Positions 9,536-17,900 of a DNA stretch of 64,000 bases are shown here, one piece after another. The position numbers were made by a program, and so were the translations under genes. The stretch comes from a virus (lineage: Duplodnaviria; Caudoviricetes). The first letter of the stretch is position 1. The number at the start of each line of letters is the position of its first letter. Location of the stretch: positions 1-64,000 of the IMG/VR virus record IMGVR_UViG_3300037466_001335. One strand, 5' to 3'. A model generated the notes under the pieces. It searched no databases. It had not been told where the DNA came from and saw only the letters and a list, made by a program, of their open reading frames with translations.

Positions 9536-10588
9536 TTAGTTGCTCGACACAACTTTGATGACCGATGCAGGGCGGGTAGTAAAATAGAGGGGTGCTGCCT
9601 CAAGTTCGAACTCTACGAATTCATCTTTCGGGTCGATATATTGACGCACGAAGATTTCTTGACCCGGTTGATTTGCTTCCGACAGTTTATTCGACGGACC
9701 AGCATAACCACGGAACAGGTCGCGGACGCCATCAGCGTATGCGATACCAGTGCTGTCAGCGAAAGCCAGTTCGGTGCCGCCCGTAGGCAGGTTGAACGTG
9801 AAGTCGTACGACACGAACGTGATGCCACGGTGCGTGAAGTGGTCCATGATGCCCCACTGCTCGTACGTCGTCAGGTCATCACGCAGGGCTTGGTTACCTG
9901 CACCATTAGCCATGAAGAACTGATAAGCAGCTTTCATCGAAGCGTGGCTGATAAGCTTGTCAAAGAACGTAGCGTCAACAAGAACCTTAACACCGCCGAT
10001 TGCACCGCCGTTTTGCACGTTGGTAGCAACTTTCTTTTTCAGTTGGCGGATAACCGAATCAACGTTCGTGGACGAGGTTCCCAGCAGGAAGTCCGACGTA
10101 TCTTGGCTGATACCAAATTCGCTGTACATGTCAGCCATCGTGGTGCCGTCCGGGGTTTTGAACACACCCTTCAGTGCTTGCAGCTTCATGTACTCTTGGG
10201 TTTGGTCCCAAGCGCGGCGCATATCAACCATCTTTTCAGCAGTGGCACGACCATACGTTTCCGAATCGGTCGAACCCGGCACGCGCCAGCCTTGGATGTC
10301 TTCGTTGGTGATGCGGTCTTCGTGTTTGAAGTAAGCCAGCTTCAGAGCGAACGTGTCAGCTTTGCGCTCGTGGTTTTCCGTCGATGCTTTGGCACCGCGA
10401 TTGACTTGCGGCAGCAATGTTACGTTTGCGTAGTCTTTGTCGAAGACGATAGCTGTTTGAGCCGTCGATTTGACCGAGAACAGGTTTTGGCTGTTGATGT
10501 AGCCAGCTTGCAGCGGAACTTGCGAAATCGAATCAACGAAATCGGCGTTCTTAAAACTATTGTAATAGTCGCGAATAGTCATGCCCAT
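9536..10588 (-). CDS. Major capsid protein (lambda E-like, HK97 fold)
   Basis: 350 aa; follows decoration gene; host-like codon usage; TQEYMKLQALKG...ADMYSEFGI pattern. Confidence 0.9.
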   Translation of the reverse strand: MGMTIRDYYNSFKNADFVDSISQVPLQAGYINSQNLFSVKSTAQTAIVFDKDYANVTLLPQVNRGAKASTENHERKADTFALKLAYFKHEDRITNEDIQGWRVPGSTDSETYGRATAEKMVDMRRAWDQTQEYMKLQALKGVFKTPDGTTMADMYSEFGISQDTSDFLLGTSSTNVDSVIRQLKKKVATNVQNGGAIGGVKVLVDATFFDKLISHASMKAAYQFFMANGAGNQALRDDLTTYEQWGIMDHFTHRGITFVSYDFTFNLPTGGTELAFADSTGIAYADGVRDLFRGYAGPSNKLSEANQPGQEIFVRQYIDPKDEFVEFELEAAPLYFTTRPASVIKVVSSN

Positions 10589-10623
10589 GTTATAATTCCT
10601 TTAGTATTAGACGCCGTTTTGGC

Positions 10624-11019
10624 TTAGACGCCCGTGCGGACGTGGATGTTTTTAGCACGGAGAGCCGTGTACACAATAGTTTTGTTATTCGAGGAGACAA
10701 CATCTTTGAACAGCAGACCTGTATCCACAACGCCAGCATGACCGACGCGCAGGACAGTCATCGTGTAATCGCCAGGGGTCAGCGACGGGACATCCAGGCC
10801 AGTTTCGATCAGGACAGCGACATCAGCGTTCAGCGTTGCAACATCAGCGTTAGCAACCCATTTGTACTTGCTCGTGCCGTCAAATTGCAGGACAGCGCCG
10901 ACATCCATCCCAGCAGCCACGGTGACAGTGACAGCACGGCGGCAGACGCCTTTATCCGGCATTTCTTCAAAAGCGAGAACGCCCGAGAGTTTATTGCTAC
11001 GAGTAGCGAGTTTGGTCAT
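10624..11019 (-). CDS. Head decoration protein
   Basis: 131-aa beta-rich ORF between scaffold and capsid genes. Confidence 0.65.
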   Translation of the reverse strand: MTKLATRSNKLSGVLAFEEMPDKGVCRRAVTVTVAAGMDVGAVLQFDGTSKYKWVANADVATLNADVAVLIETGLDVPSLTPGDYTMTVLRVGHAGVVDTGLLFKDVVSSNNKTIVYTALRAKNIHVRTGV

Positions 11020-11585
11020 TATTTCGATTCCTTCTTAGCGGTTTTCGTGGGGAGAAATTTGTTAAAATGTTCAACCTTCGGCTCATCGACTTGGGCGTCT
11101 GCCTTGGTTTCAACGCCGACTTCTTTAAACAACTCACTATCAGCTTCGGCAGCAGCATTGGTAGCGAAAATTGCGAGGAAGGAGTCAAACTTCTCATCGC
11201 TCATATCTTCTGTAGCAGCCAGGAAATCAGCAACCTTTTCGGTGCCCATCTTGGTGACAGCTTTTTCTTGGCGGGCTTTTGCTTTAGCAGCCAGAGCGTC
11301 AGCTTTCGCTTGTTCTTCAGCAGCAGCATATGCCGACAGCTTCTCTTCGTACTCAGCTTTCATAGCATCAGCAGCAGCCTTAACCGAAGCCATCTCGGTG
11401 GTCAGCGTAGCCAGTTGAGCCAGGACGGCTTCGTGCGCAGCAAGCTCGATAGTTTGAGCCTTGTCTTCTACACTCATCGTTTCTTCCTTTTCTTGTTCAG
11501 GCAAATCGCCTGTAGGTTTGACTTCTTGCGAAGCCTCCGGGGTTACAGGCGTTACGCCCAACTTCTTTTTAAGATAATCCAGCAT
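11019..11585 (-). CDS. Capsid scaffolding protein (putative)
   Basis: Ala/Glu/Lys coiled-coil composition; lies between protease and decoration genes. Confidence 0.6.
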   Translation of the reverse strand: MLDYLKKKLGVTPVTPEASQEVKPTGDLPEQEKEETMSVEDKAQTIELAAHEAVLAQLATLTTEMASVKAAADAMKAEYEEKLSAYAAAEEQAKADALAAKAKARQEKAVTKMGTEKVADFLAATEDMSDEKFDSFLAIFATNAAAEADSELFKEVGVETKADAQVDEPKVEHFNKFLPTKTAKKESK

Positions 11586-11595
11586 CGTTAATCCT

Positions 11596-12423
11596 TTAAC
11601 TGAGCACGTAATCTACAAACTCGGAACGAGTCATAATTTTGTTGACCAAACCGATTGACAGAGCATCTTGTGCAGAGTACACTCGGGCTTGAGTATCTTT
11701 GAGGTCTTTAGTGGACAAACCAGTGTACTTAGACACATGAGCACGGAAAGCATCACCAAGCTCTGCAACCCGCGTCTGCATGTCGGAAAGAAAGCCTTCG
11801 CGCCAAGAGCCATCGTCTGCGAAAGGAACTTTGTCGCTTCCGTCTGTGACGAATGTACGTTGGATACCTTCGTTCTCAAGCATTTTGCTATCATTGTACA
11901 AACAAATCAGAACGCCGATAGAGCCCACATCTGCATACGGGTTAGCAATCACTTCATCGCACACGCAGATTAAGCCGTACATTGCAGAGCAAGCGCTTCC
12001 GTCAACATAGCCGACAAGACGAACATTGTTAGCATCACACATAGCACGAAGCTCCTCTGCCGTTTCGAAACAGCCGTAAGCTTCGCCACCACCAGAATCT
12101 GCATCCATGATGATAGTTTTAACACCAGCTTCGATAAGGTCGGATGCTTGGTCCAACAGCATCTCGTAGGAGAAACCGCCGCAGAGGCCTTCCCATCCTG
12201 TGGAGCGGTATGTGAGAGGGCCACGAATGGTAAGAACCCCGATGTCACCCGCAGCTTGCAGGCTATCTTCGTCGTCTTGTGGTTGTGGCTCTTGCGGCAG
12301 ATTGAGAAGCCCTGCGTTGCGGGCGTTGAGGTAAGTTTCTACTTCTTGGAAAGCCGTCTTGGAAATCAAGTGCGGCTTGTTTCGAAGGGAGGCGGCAAGC
12401 CGCAAAAGTTTGTGTTTATTCAT
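11596..12423 (-). CDS. Prohead maturation protease, S49 family
   Basis: MDADSGGG, SACSAMY and DVGSIGV motifs. Confidence 0.9.
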   Translation of the reverse strand: MNKHKLLRLAASLRNKPHLISKTAFQEVETYLNARNAGLLNLPQEPQPQDDEDSLQAAGDIGVLTIRGPLTYRSTGWEGLCGGFSYEMLLDQASDLIEAGVKTIIMDADSGGGEAYGCFETAEELRAMCDANNVRLVGYVDGSACSAMYGLICVCDEVIANPYADVGSIGVLICLYNDSKMLENEGIQRTFVTDGSDKVPFADDGSWREGFLSDMQTRVAELGDAFRAHVSKYTGLSTKDLKDTQARVYSAQDALSIGLVNKIMTRSEFVDYVLS

Positions 12424-13259
12424 ATACCGAGTCCTTTATTTTGTCGCCTCTTTTTAGCTGCCTCAGATGCCCTTGCTCTAGACTCTTCAGACCAAACACG
12501 GTTTTTGTTAGCGAGGCGCACTCCTTCTTTCATTTCTTCCGTCCACACCTTGTTCTTGCCGCCTTTTGCTCTAGCCTTTCGGACTTCATCTGTGATGTTG
12601 CTGTAGTCGGCTTCAAGTAATGGGTCGCCTTCTGCCCATATAGTTTGCAGCTTATCTACCATTTCGGCTGACCACAGCTTCCATTCGCAGTCTTCTTCAG
12701 GAACCCAACCTTCCCTGAACTTTCTAAGCATTGACCCTAGCTTCTTCTTGCCAAGGCCAAACGCTCTTGCAAGCAGGACCGGTCCAATTTCGCCAGAATG
12801 TGCTCGGTAACAAATGTAAATTTCTTGCGCAGTAGCCCATACCACAGGATCAGATGATCCATGCTTCCAAGTAGGAACAGCCTTAGCCCTTTCAGATGCT
12901 GCCAACTTGTATTCATCACTTTTCTTCATTTTCTTGCGGGTTTCGTCAGAGTGTTTCTTCCCGAGCATAGGTGCCGAACCGCCTGCTGCTAAATTCCACG
13001 CTAGATTAGGCTCAGGGCGCAACTTGTTCTCAATCAACAAGCAGTATTCATCACTGCCCTCTACAAGAGTTGTGACAACAAGTGTTTCGCCATATTTTCT
13101 AATTGCATTGAATATCGGGTAGTTGGTGCTGTTTTTGGAGTTAGCAGCCGCTCTATGCTCGGCGTAACGCTCTTTAACAGTCTTACTGGTGAAGCCAACG
13201 TAGCCTTTAGAACAATCACCAAAATCTTCAGGCAAGTGTACATGGTAAACAAAAGCCAT
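12420..13259 (-). CDS. Free-standing GIY-YIG homing endonuclease with NUMOD3-like motif
   Basis: FVY...GYVG...RYAEH, AWNLAAGG, GKKHSDETRKKM. Confidence 0.8.
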   Translation of the reverse strand: MAFVYHVHLPEDFGDCSKGYVGFTSKTVKERYAEHRAAANSKNSTNYPIFNAIRKYGETLVVTTLVEGSDEYCLLIENKLRPEPNLAWNLAAGGSAPMLGKKHSDETRKKMKKSDEYKLAASERAKAVPTWKHGSSDPVVWATAQEIYICYRAHSGEIGPVLLARAFGLGKKKLGSMLRKFREGWVPEEDCEWKLWSAEMVDKLQTIWAEGDPLLEADYSNITDEVRKARAKGGKNKVWTEEMKEGVRLANKNRVWSEESRARASEAAKKRRQNKGLGI

Positions 13260-13267
13260 AGTTCTCC

Positions 13268-14749
13268 TTAAGCAGCGTTTTCGCTGTTGCCAACGCTAGA
13301 ATCCTTTGGCCCCGGTTTCTTAGCCGTACCTTCTCCAGGGGTGGTCATTCCCTCGCCGGAGTTGCTAGATTCCATAGTGAATTCAAAATCATCCAGATTA
13401 GAATCTTCAGGAATTTCCTCAATTCCAGCAGCCCTACGAAGGCGATTAACTGTTGGGACATCTTTGATGAACAACCCCACCGATGCACCACGTTGAGTGA
13501 GTTTACCTAACTCGTCTGCGCTCATCTCGGAGATGTCGCCGTAAGTGAACTTCGGCAGCCGTTCTTGGCTCCATGCATTCAGGGCGAAAAGTTGAGGTAC
13601 TAGGTCACTATTCAGCACGTCGGCAATCTCATTCAGACGGTGGCTCATTGCAAGCGACACAAGATTCGTATTAGAGTCCGCTAGAGAAAACGAACCGATT
13701 TGGTCAACTTCTTTAAGAATATCAATACCCAGAGCGGAGTAGACTTCGGTGTGATATCGCTTAATAACGTTATCAATGTTTACGCCGTTGACACCCTTTT
13801 TCTCCATGAGACTGATATCAAAAAGATCGTTACCTTTTTCATCGAGCCTGCGTGGGAAAATAATACCCTTATTAGTGCCTGCTTGAATGGTATCTAGCAA
13901 CTTTTGACATGTCTGATACACCATCTTCATATCGTCAGGCGCATCTGCTGCCATAAATTCAGGTGGCAGCTTAATGAGCGGAAGACCGTTGGACTCTTTA
14001 GCAATCCCAAGAAGTTCTTGGTCACGCAACATGTCCATCTGCTTCCAAGCTTTGTACACGTTTTTCAGCACAGAATTGCCAGTAGGGTCGCCCTTTGTTG
14101 GGTCTGCCCTAAACAGCATAAATTTTTCACGTTTAATTGGGATAAGGCCGTGTTCGTTAGTCTGGTCCATAAACATGGCGCCATGCTCAAGATTGTAAAT
14201 AGATTGTTCACAACCGAGCAATTCACGACCATCTTCCGTGAAAGTCCACCGTACAATAGTGTCTTGTCCGCGAGGAGAGAGCTTACGAAGTCCGACAAGG
14301 CCATCATTAAATTTGCTGCCATTCTTATACAGGCGACGGCGATACACCTTCTCTTCTACAGCAAATCCATATTGCAGATATGTGATAGTATCTGACAGAA
14401 AGGTTGCCCAACTCTCTTCCATGTCGTCCATGCAGGATTGCACGAACTTGGCGCGAGCCTTGTCTTCTTCCGTAGGATTCTCAGGGGGCTCAACTGACCA
14501 CTTTACGCGGGACAGGAGCATGCGGTAGGTATTGAATGCAGACGCAATAACTGCGTCATTCATCATTTCCCGGACTGTACGGTAGAAATTAGGCCAGTGG
14601 AATGCACGCTGCGGGTCATCGATCACTCGTCCCCAAACTGTGCGAGTTCCGACAAAACCCGTTTCACCCAAAGAAATCCGAGGGACAGGCATGCCTTCAT
14701 CAGCCGCCAGAGCAGCCGTATTATCTTGTGGCTTCTTTTTAGCGGCCAT
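13268..14749 (-). CDS. Portal protein
   Basis: 493 aa directly after TerL; GDPTGNSVLKNVYKAW and GSFSLAD motifs. Confidence 0.88.
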   Translation of the reverse strand: MAAKKKPQDNTAALAADEGMPVPRISLGETGFVGTRTVWGRVIDDPQRAFHWPNFYRTVREMMNDAVIASAFNTYRMLLSRVKWSVEPPENPTEEDKARAKFVQSCMDDMEESWATFLSDTITYLQYGFAVEEKVYRRRLYKNGSKFNDGLVGLRKLSPRGQDTIVRWTFTEDGRELLGCEQSIYNLEHGAMFMDQTNEHGLIPIKREKFMLFRADPTKGDPTGNSVLKNVYKAWKQMDMLRDQELLGIAKESNGLPLIKLPPEFMAADAPDDMKMVYQTCQKLLDTIQAGTNKGIIFPRRLDEKGNDLFDISLMEKKGVNGVNIDNVIKRYHTEVYSALGIDILKEVDQIGSFSLADSNTNLVSLAMSHRLNEIADVLNSDLVPQLFALNAWSQERLPKFTYGDISEMSADELGKLTQRGASVGLFIKDVPTVNRLRRAAGIEEIPEDSNLDDFEFTMESSNSGEGMTTPGEGTAKKPGPKDSSVGNSENAA

Positions 14750-14776
14750 TATTGCTCCTTTTCTTTACTAGCACGA

Positions 14777-14805
14777 ATTGTACCATTGCAACTGATTCTT
14801 GTCAA
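14777..14805 (-). promoter_or_regulatory. Sigma70-type promoter for the portal/head operon
   Basis: TTGACA-N17-TACAAT on the minus strand. Confidence 0.75.
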
Positions 14806-14825
14806 CATTGTGCAATCTTATGGGA

Positions 14826-16343
14826 TTATAGAGAGGGAATTGGCGACGGTTGTGTGTTCACCTCTAGTGCGAACGAAGGCATAACTTGCTGCCGCATAAG
14901 AAAATTAGCAGCATCGGCCACGGAATCGACTTGGTCATTTTTCTCGTTTCGACCGCCCGTAAAATATTCCATTTCCATCAGAAGATTTTCTACCCATCTG
15001 TCACCCTCTTCGTCACGTACAATCTTAACTTTGCCCGCTTCAGCCATTGCAAAGAATGGTTGGGCGCGTTGAAGCTTACCTGAGTGACCACTAACCTTGA
15101 CAGTCTTAGTAATCAACCCTGCTTCCGAAAGTGTTTGCACAAAGAAGAGGTGGGCAGCGGCACCTCCGGCACCTGGGTCCTTGGGGATAAGAATCGGGAT
15201 ATCTGTACCATCTTTGTACCCTGTCTCCACCACGTCCTTAATAACACCATCTGTAAGTTTCCTATAGCGCCTGATATGCTCAATGTACAGGGTCCCATCG
15301 GGTGTACGACTCAAAAGCGCCCCTACCGTGTAATCTGGGTCCCTTGACGAATTGTTATGGCTTGGTTCCTCTGATGCAGCAAAGTCATATGCCCTCACCC
15401 TGCCGGTAACTTTGGTTGGAGCCTTATCTACGATTTCAACCCACTCACGTTTGAAATAAGATTCGCCAGCTTCACGTGCTGTCCAAGAACCATGTAAAAA
15501 ACGCAACTGGTTAACATATGGTTGAGACAGAAGATTGGCTAGGTAGCTGTTGTTACGAGGTGGGAGAAGGTACGGGTTATCCATTACTCCGGTCGGAATA
15601 AAGCGGAACGATTTTGGCATGAACAGCTTATCCGCTGGATGCTTTTTAATATCTTCTTCGCTCATTCCACGAGCGTAAACCATTCCCCTTGGTTTGCCGT
15701 GCAACTCAAAACATTCCTCCGGGGAATCTGCCCACAGCACTTGATTCTCAATAGTTGCAAACCAGCGAATCCTGTGTTCTGTGCCCGGTACGGGAACGCC
15801 GTCTGGTCCAAGGCTAAAGTCAACCCACTTCTTCAGAAAACTGTTGATGTCTGGGTTGCAAGACAAAATCATCTGTGGATAAATTTTACTGTGCGCGGAA
15901 CGAATACGCGATAGTAGAAACAACACTTGTTTCTCTGTCCATTTATCGCCAGCCTCATCGATAAGAACTCGTGTAAGCTGGGAACCTTGCCAAGAACCCA
16001 AATCGTCGTCTGATGCAATCGCGGAAAAAGCGATAGATGCCCCAGACTTAAAATTCCACACCATTGCTTGAGATTTGTACTCGCCAGACCAATCTGGGTA
16101 TATACCTTTGCTCTCATCGATTAAGCCACCTTGCCTTTTAAGCTCGGGATAAGTCCGGCGAAAGATTGTACAGCGGAAATAAGGGTCATTTACACCGTCA
16201 AGATTTTTAATCAAGCATGTTGCCGATTTACCCCCACCAGCACCGCCACCAATAAGAATCACATCAGTGGTCTTATCTTGCAAAATTAATTTCTGTTTTT
16301 CACTGGCGGGGCCGTAGACTTTCTTTTGTTTTTTCTCTGTCAT
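14826..16343 (-). CDS. terL: Terminase large subunit
   Basis: Walker A GGAGGGKS, Walker B LIDEAG, nuclease RAYDFA and NDQVDSVAD; start moved to MTEKK. Confidence 0.93.
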   Translation of the reverse strand: MTEKKQKKVYGPASEKQKLILQDKTTDVILIGGGAGGGKSATCLIKNLDGVNDPYFRCTIFRRTYPELKRQGGLIDESKGIYPDWSGEYKSQAMVWNFKSGASIAFSAIASDDDLGSWQGSQLTRVLIDEAGDKWTEKQVLFLLSRIRSAHSKIYPQMILSCNPDINSFLKKWVDFSLGPDGVPVPGTEHRIRWFATIENQVLWADSPEECFELHGKPRGMVYARGMSEEDIKKHPADKLFMPKSFRFIPTGVMDNPYLLPPRNNSYLANLLSQPYVNQLRFLHGSWTAREAGESYFKREWVEIVDKAPTKVTGRVRAYDFAASEEPSHNNSSRDPDYTVGALLSRTPDGTLYIEHIRRYRKLTDGVIKDVVETGYKDGTDIPILIPKDPGAGGAAAHLFFVQTLSEAGLITKTVKVSGHSGKLQRAQPFFAMAEAGKVKIVRDEEGDRWVENLLMEMEYFTGGRNEKNDQVDSVADAANFLMRQQVMPSFALEVNTQPSPIPSL

Positions 16344-16360
16344 ACGAGTCCCTAATAGAA

Positions 16361-16397
16361 ACAACAAAAAGCCACACAGCATCCCTGCCGTGCAGCC
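16361..16397 (-). terminator. Terminator-like hairpin just upstream of terL
   Basis: GGCUGCACGGCA-GGGA-UGCUGUGUGGCU followed by UUUUGUUGU. Confidence 0.6.
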
Positions 16398-16410
16398 TCC
16401 TTTAGAATTC

Positions 16411-16518
16411 GGTGTCACAGCGCTACCCTACCCGCCTGTGATCTTCAGGTGCCAGTACGCACCCCTCTCCACTAGTCCGCTTTCGCGGAGTATGCTCGTC
16501 GGAGCTAGTCCCTTGAGC
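16411..16518 (-). ncRNA. Candidate structured RNA of unknown class
   Basis: Stems UCCGC-GAAA-GCGGA, GGUGC-GUACUG-GCACC, UCACAG/CUGUGA and ACUAG/CUAGU; no credible ORF. Confidence 0.4.
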
Positions 16519-16540
16519 AAATTTGTTACGAGTATTAGTG

Positions 16541-16723
16541 TCAGCCCTCGTCGGCTTTCGCGACCTCGACTTCAGTGTTGCAACCAGCTTCTTCTTTCAC
16601 CGACTCATCTTTCTTCCCGAAGATTGCATCGAAATTATCGTAATAGTTTTTCCAACCTGTTCCACGAGGGCGCGAACCCTTACCTGCATCGGCATAGAAT
16701 GTCTTAGTATTGTTATCACTCAT
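16541..16723 (-). CDS. Small conserved phage protein (60 aa)
   Basis: AAGGAG RBS; AGKGSRPR...NYYDNFDAIFGK motif. Confidence 0.7.
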   Translation of the reverse strand: MSDNNTKTFYADAGKGSRPRGTGWKNYYDNFDAIFGKKDESVKEEAGCNTEVEVAKADEG

Positions 16724-16995
16724 ATCTTCTCCTTGTGTTCGTGCCGTCTTTCCGGCTGTCATCAATGAAGGGACACTCATTTATTCCCCGGCTGGGAGTG
16801 ATCCACGCGAGCCATAAGGCTTTCTGCAATAGCTTCTTCAGGCGTGATGTTGTAAATGCCGGGCCAGATGCCCACCGCTCCACTGAATTTGTGGGCCAGC
16901 GCTCTTTGTGGCACGGAATTCCACCGTGCTCGTTAGCTTCTCGCAGAAGCCTCGTCAGCCGTAAGGCTAACAGTCTCTAAGGTAGTAGAGACGAG

Positions 16996-17068
16996 AGCGG
17001 AATGTCAGGCTTGAACTGACGACATTCTGATTGGAAATCAGATGCTCTACCAACTGAGCTAATCCCGC
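16996..17068 (-). tRNA. tRNA-Gly(TCC), CCA not encoded
   Basis: Cloverleaf: GCGGGAU/AUUCCGC acceptor, UCUGA-UUUCCAA-UCAGA anticodon arm, GUCAG-UUCAAGC-CUGAC T arm, U73. Confidence 0.92.
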
Positions 17069-17210
17069 ATTGTTCTGGCCATAGTGGGCAGAGGCTGCTC
17101 ATCCTCTCGGAGCCGTGAAGCACACGGTTTTATTGCCCAGCCAAGCTTAGTAAATGCAAGCTTCTGACAAAAACCGGCTCTACAGGCCGGATGTGGGTTG
17201 CTTGCGTAGA

Positions 17211-17285
17211 TGGCTAATCCTCAAGGAATCGAACCTTGTCCGTGCGAGGTTTTGGAGACCTGCTGCATACCATATGCTAGGACTA
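17211..17285 (-). tRNA. tRNA-Trp(CCA), atypical, CCA encoded
   Basis: CAAGG-UUCGAUU-CCUUG T arm, CUCCAAA loop, G73-CCA end; short D loop and irregular anticodon stem. Confidence 0.7.
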
Positions 17286-17462
17286 GTTGTAGGGGTGCTC
17301 CGTGCTGGGTTACTAGAACTCACGCGAAGTGAGGGATGTTAATACCAGACTCCGAAGACTTCAGGGAGCGTCCTCCCATTTCTATAAAGTGCACTTTCGC
17401 GGCAAGAGCCGTCTCTGAAGACCGGATTCGGTTTACTCGTGCGTAGACGTTAAAACACTATT

Positions 17463-17534
17463 TGCTGGATGTAGGACTCAAACCCACATTGTCTTTATTA
17501 CAAGTAAAGTGCCTAATCTTTCAGCCAATCCAGC
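17463..17534 (-). tRNA. tRNA-Thr(TGT), CCA not encoded
   Basis: GCUGGAU/AUCCAGC acceptor, CUUUA-CUUGUAA-UAAAG anticodon arm, GUGGG-UUUGAGU-CCUAC T arm. Confidence 0.85.
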
Positions 17535-17844
17535 AAGTAATGCTCTAACTTTTAATTTTCAGGACGCCTCAACTGCTACAAAGCTGATGAGGAGGGGCAC
17601 CTTCACTGTAGAGGAAGCGTCTTGAAAACGGCCTCTTATGGAAGCCGAATGCCAATTCTGAAAGAGCTAAAGGCATGCTCTATAAGCTGTTCCTTCACTA
17701 GCATGCAGAAAGCTTCTAGGAGAGGGTCTTGGCTAATTGGTGCACCTGATGTGGTCGTATTGTCAGTGCGTTCAATCTCAACAAAACCAATTATACACAC
17801 CTTACCGCTTCTTGTCAAATCTTATTAACGCAGGCTCCAAAATA

Positions 17845-17873
17845 TTGACAATAGGGGTATGCCACGGTATAAT
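17845..17873 (+). promoter_or_regulatory. Consensus sigma70 promoter of HNH gene
   Basis: TTGACA-N17-TATAAT. Confidence 0.8.
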
Positions 17874-17900
17874 AGATTTTTAACTTGAAAGGAACGAGCA

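Noticed and set aside
12420-13259. Group I intron around the GIY-YIG gene (also considered for the HNH after the polymerase)
   Set aside because: Flanking genes look complete and abut the endonuclease ORF, leaving no room for intron core elements
16420-16475. Glycine riboswitch resemblance (GGAGAG...CACCUGAAG...ACAGG) and hammerhead-like CUGAAGA
   Set aside because: P3 and the CUCUCAGG element are missing; stem II is followed by CACCGAA rather than GAAA, so neither core is complete
16935-16972. Hammerhead ribozyme from CUGACGA plus stem
   Set aside because: No GAAA after stem II and no valid NUH site with stem I
17076-17143. tRNA-Ser(GCU) call
   Set aside because: No D arm, non-canonical anticodon loop and T loop; kept only as a structured-RNA finding
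17165-17210. HDV-like theta ribozyme after tRNA-Trp
   Set aside because: A P1-like UCUAC/GUAGA pairing exists, but there is no G at +1, no P1.1/P3 arrangement, and the pairing is not kept in the second copy
17580-17612. Plus-strand CUGAUGA hammerhead core
   Set aside because: Stem II is followed by AC, not GAAA
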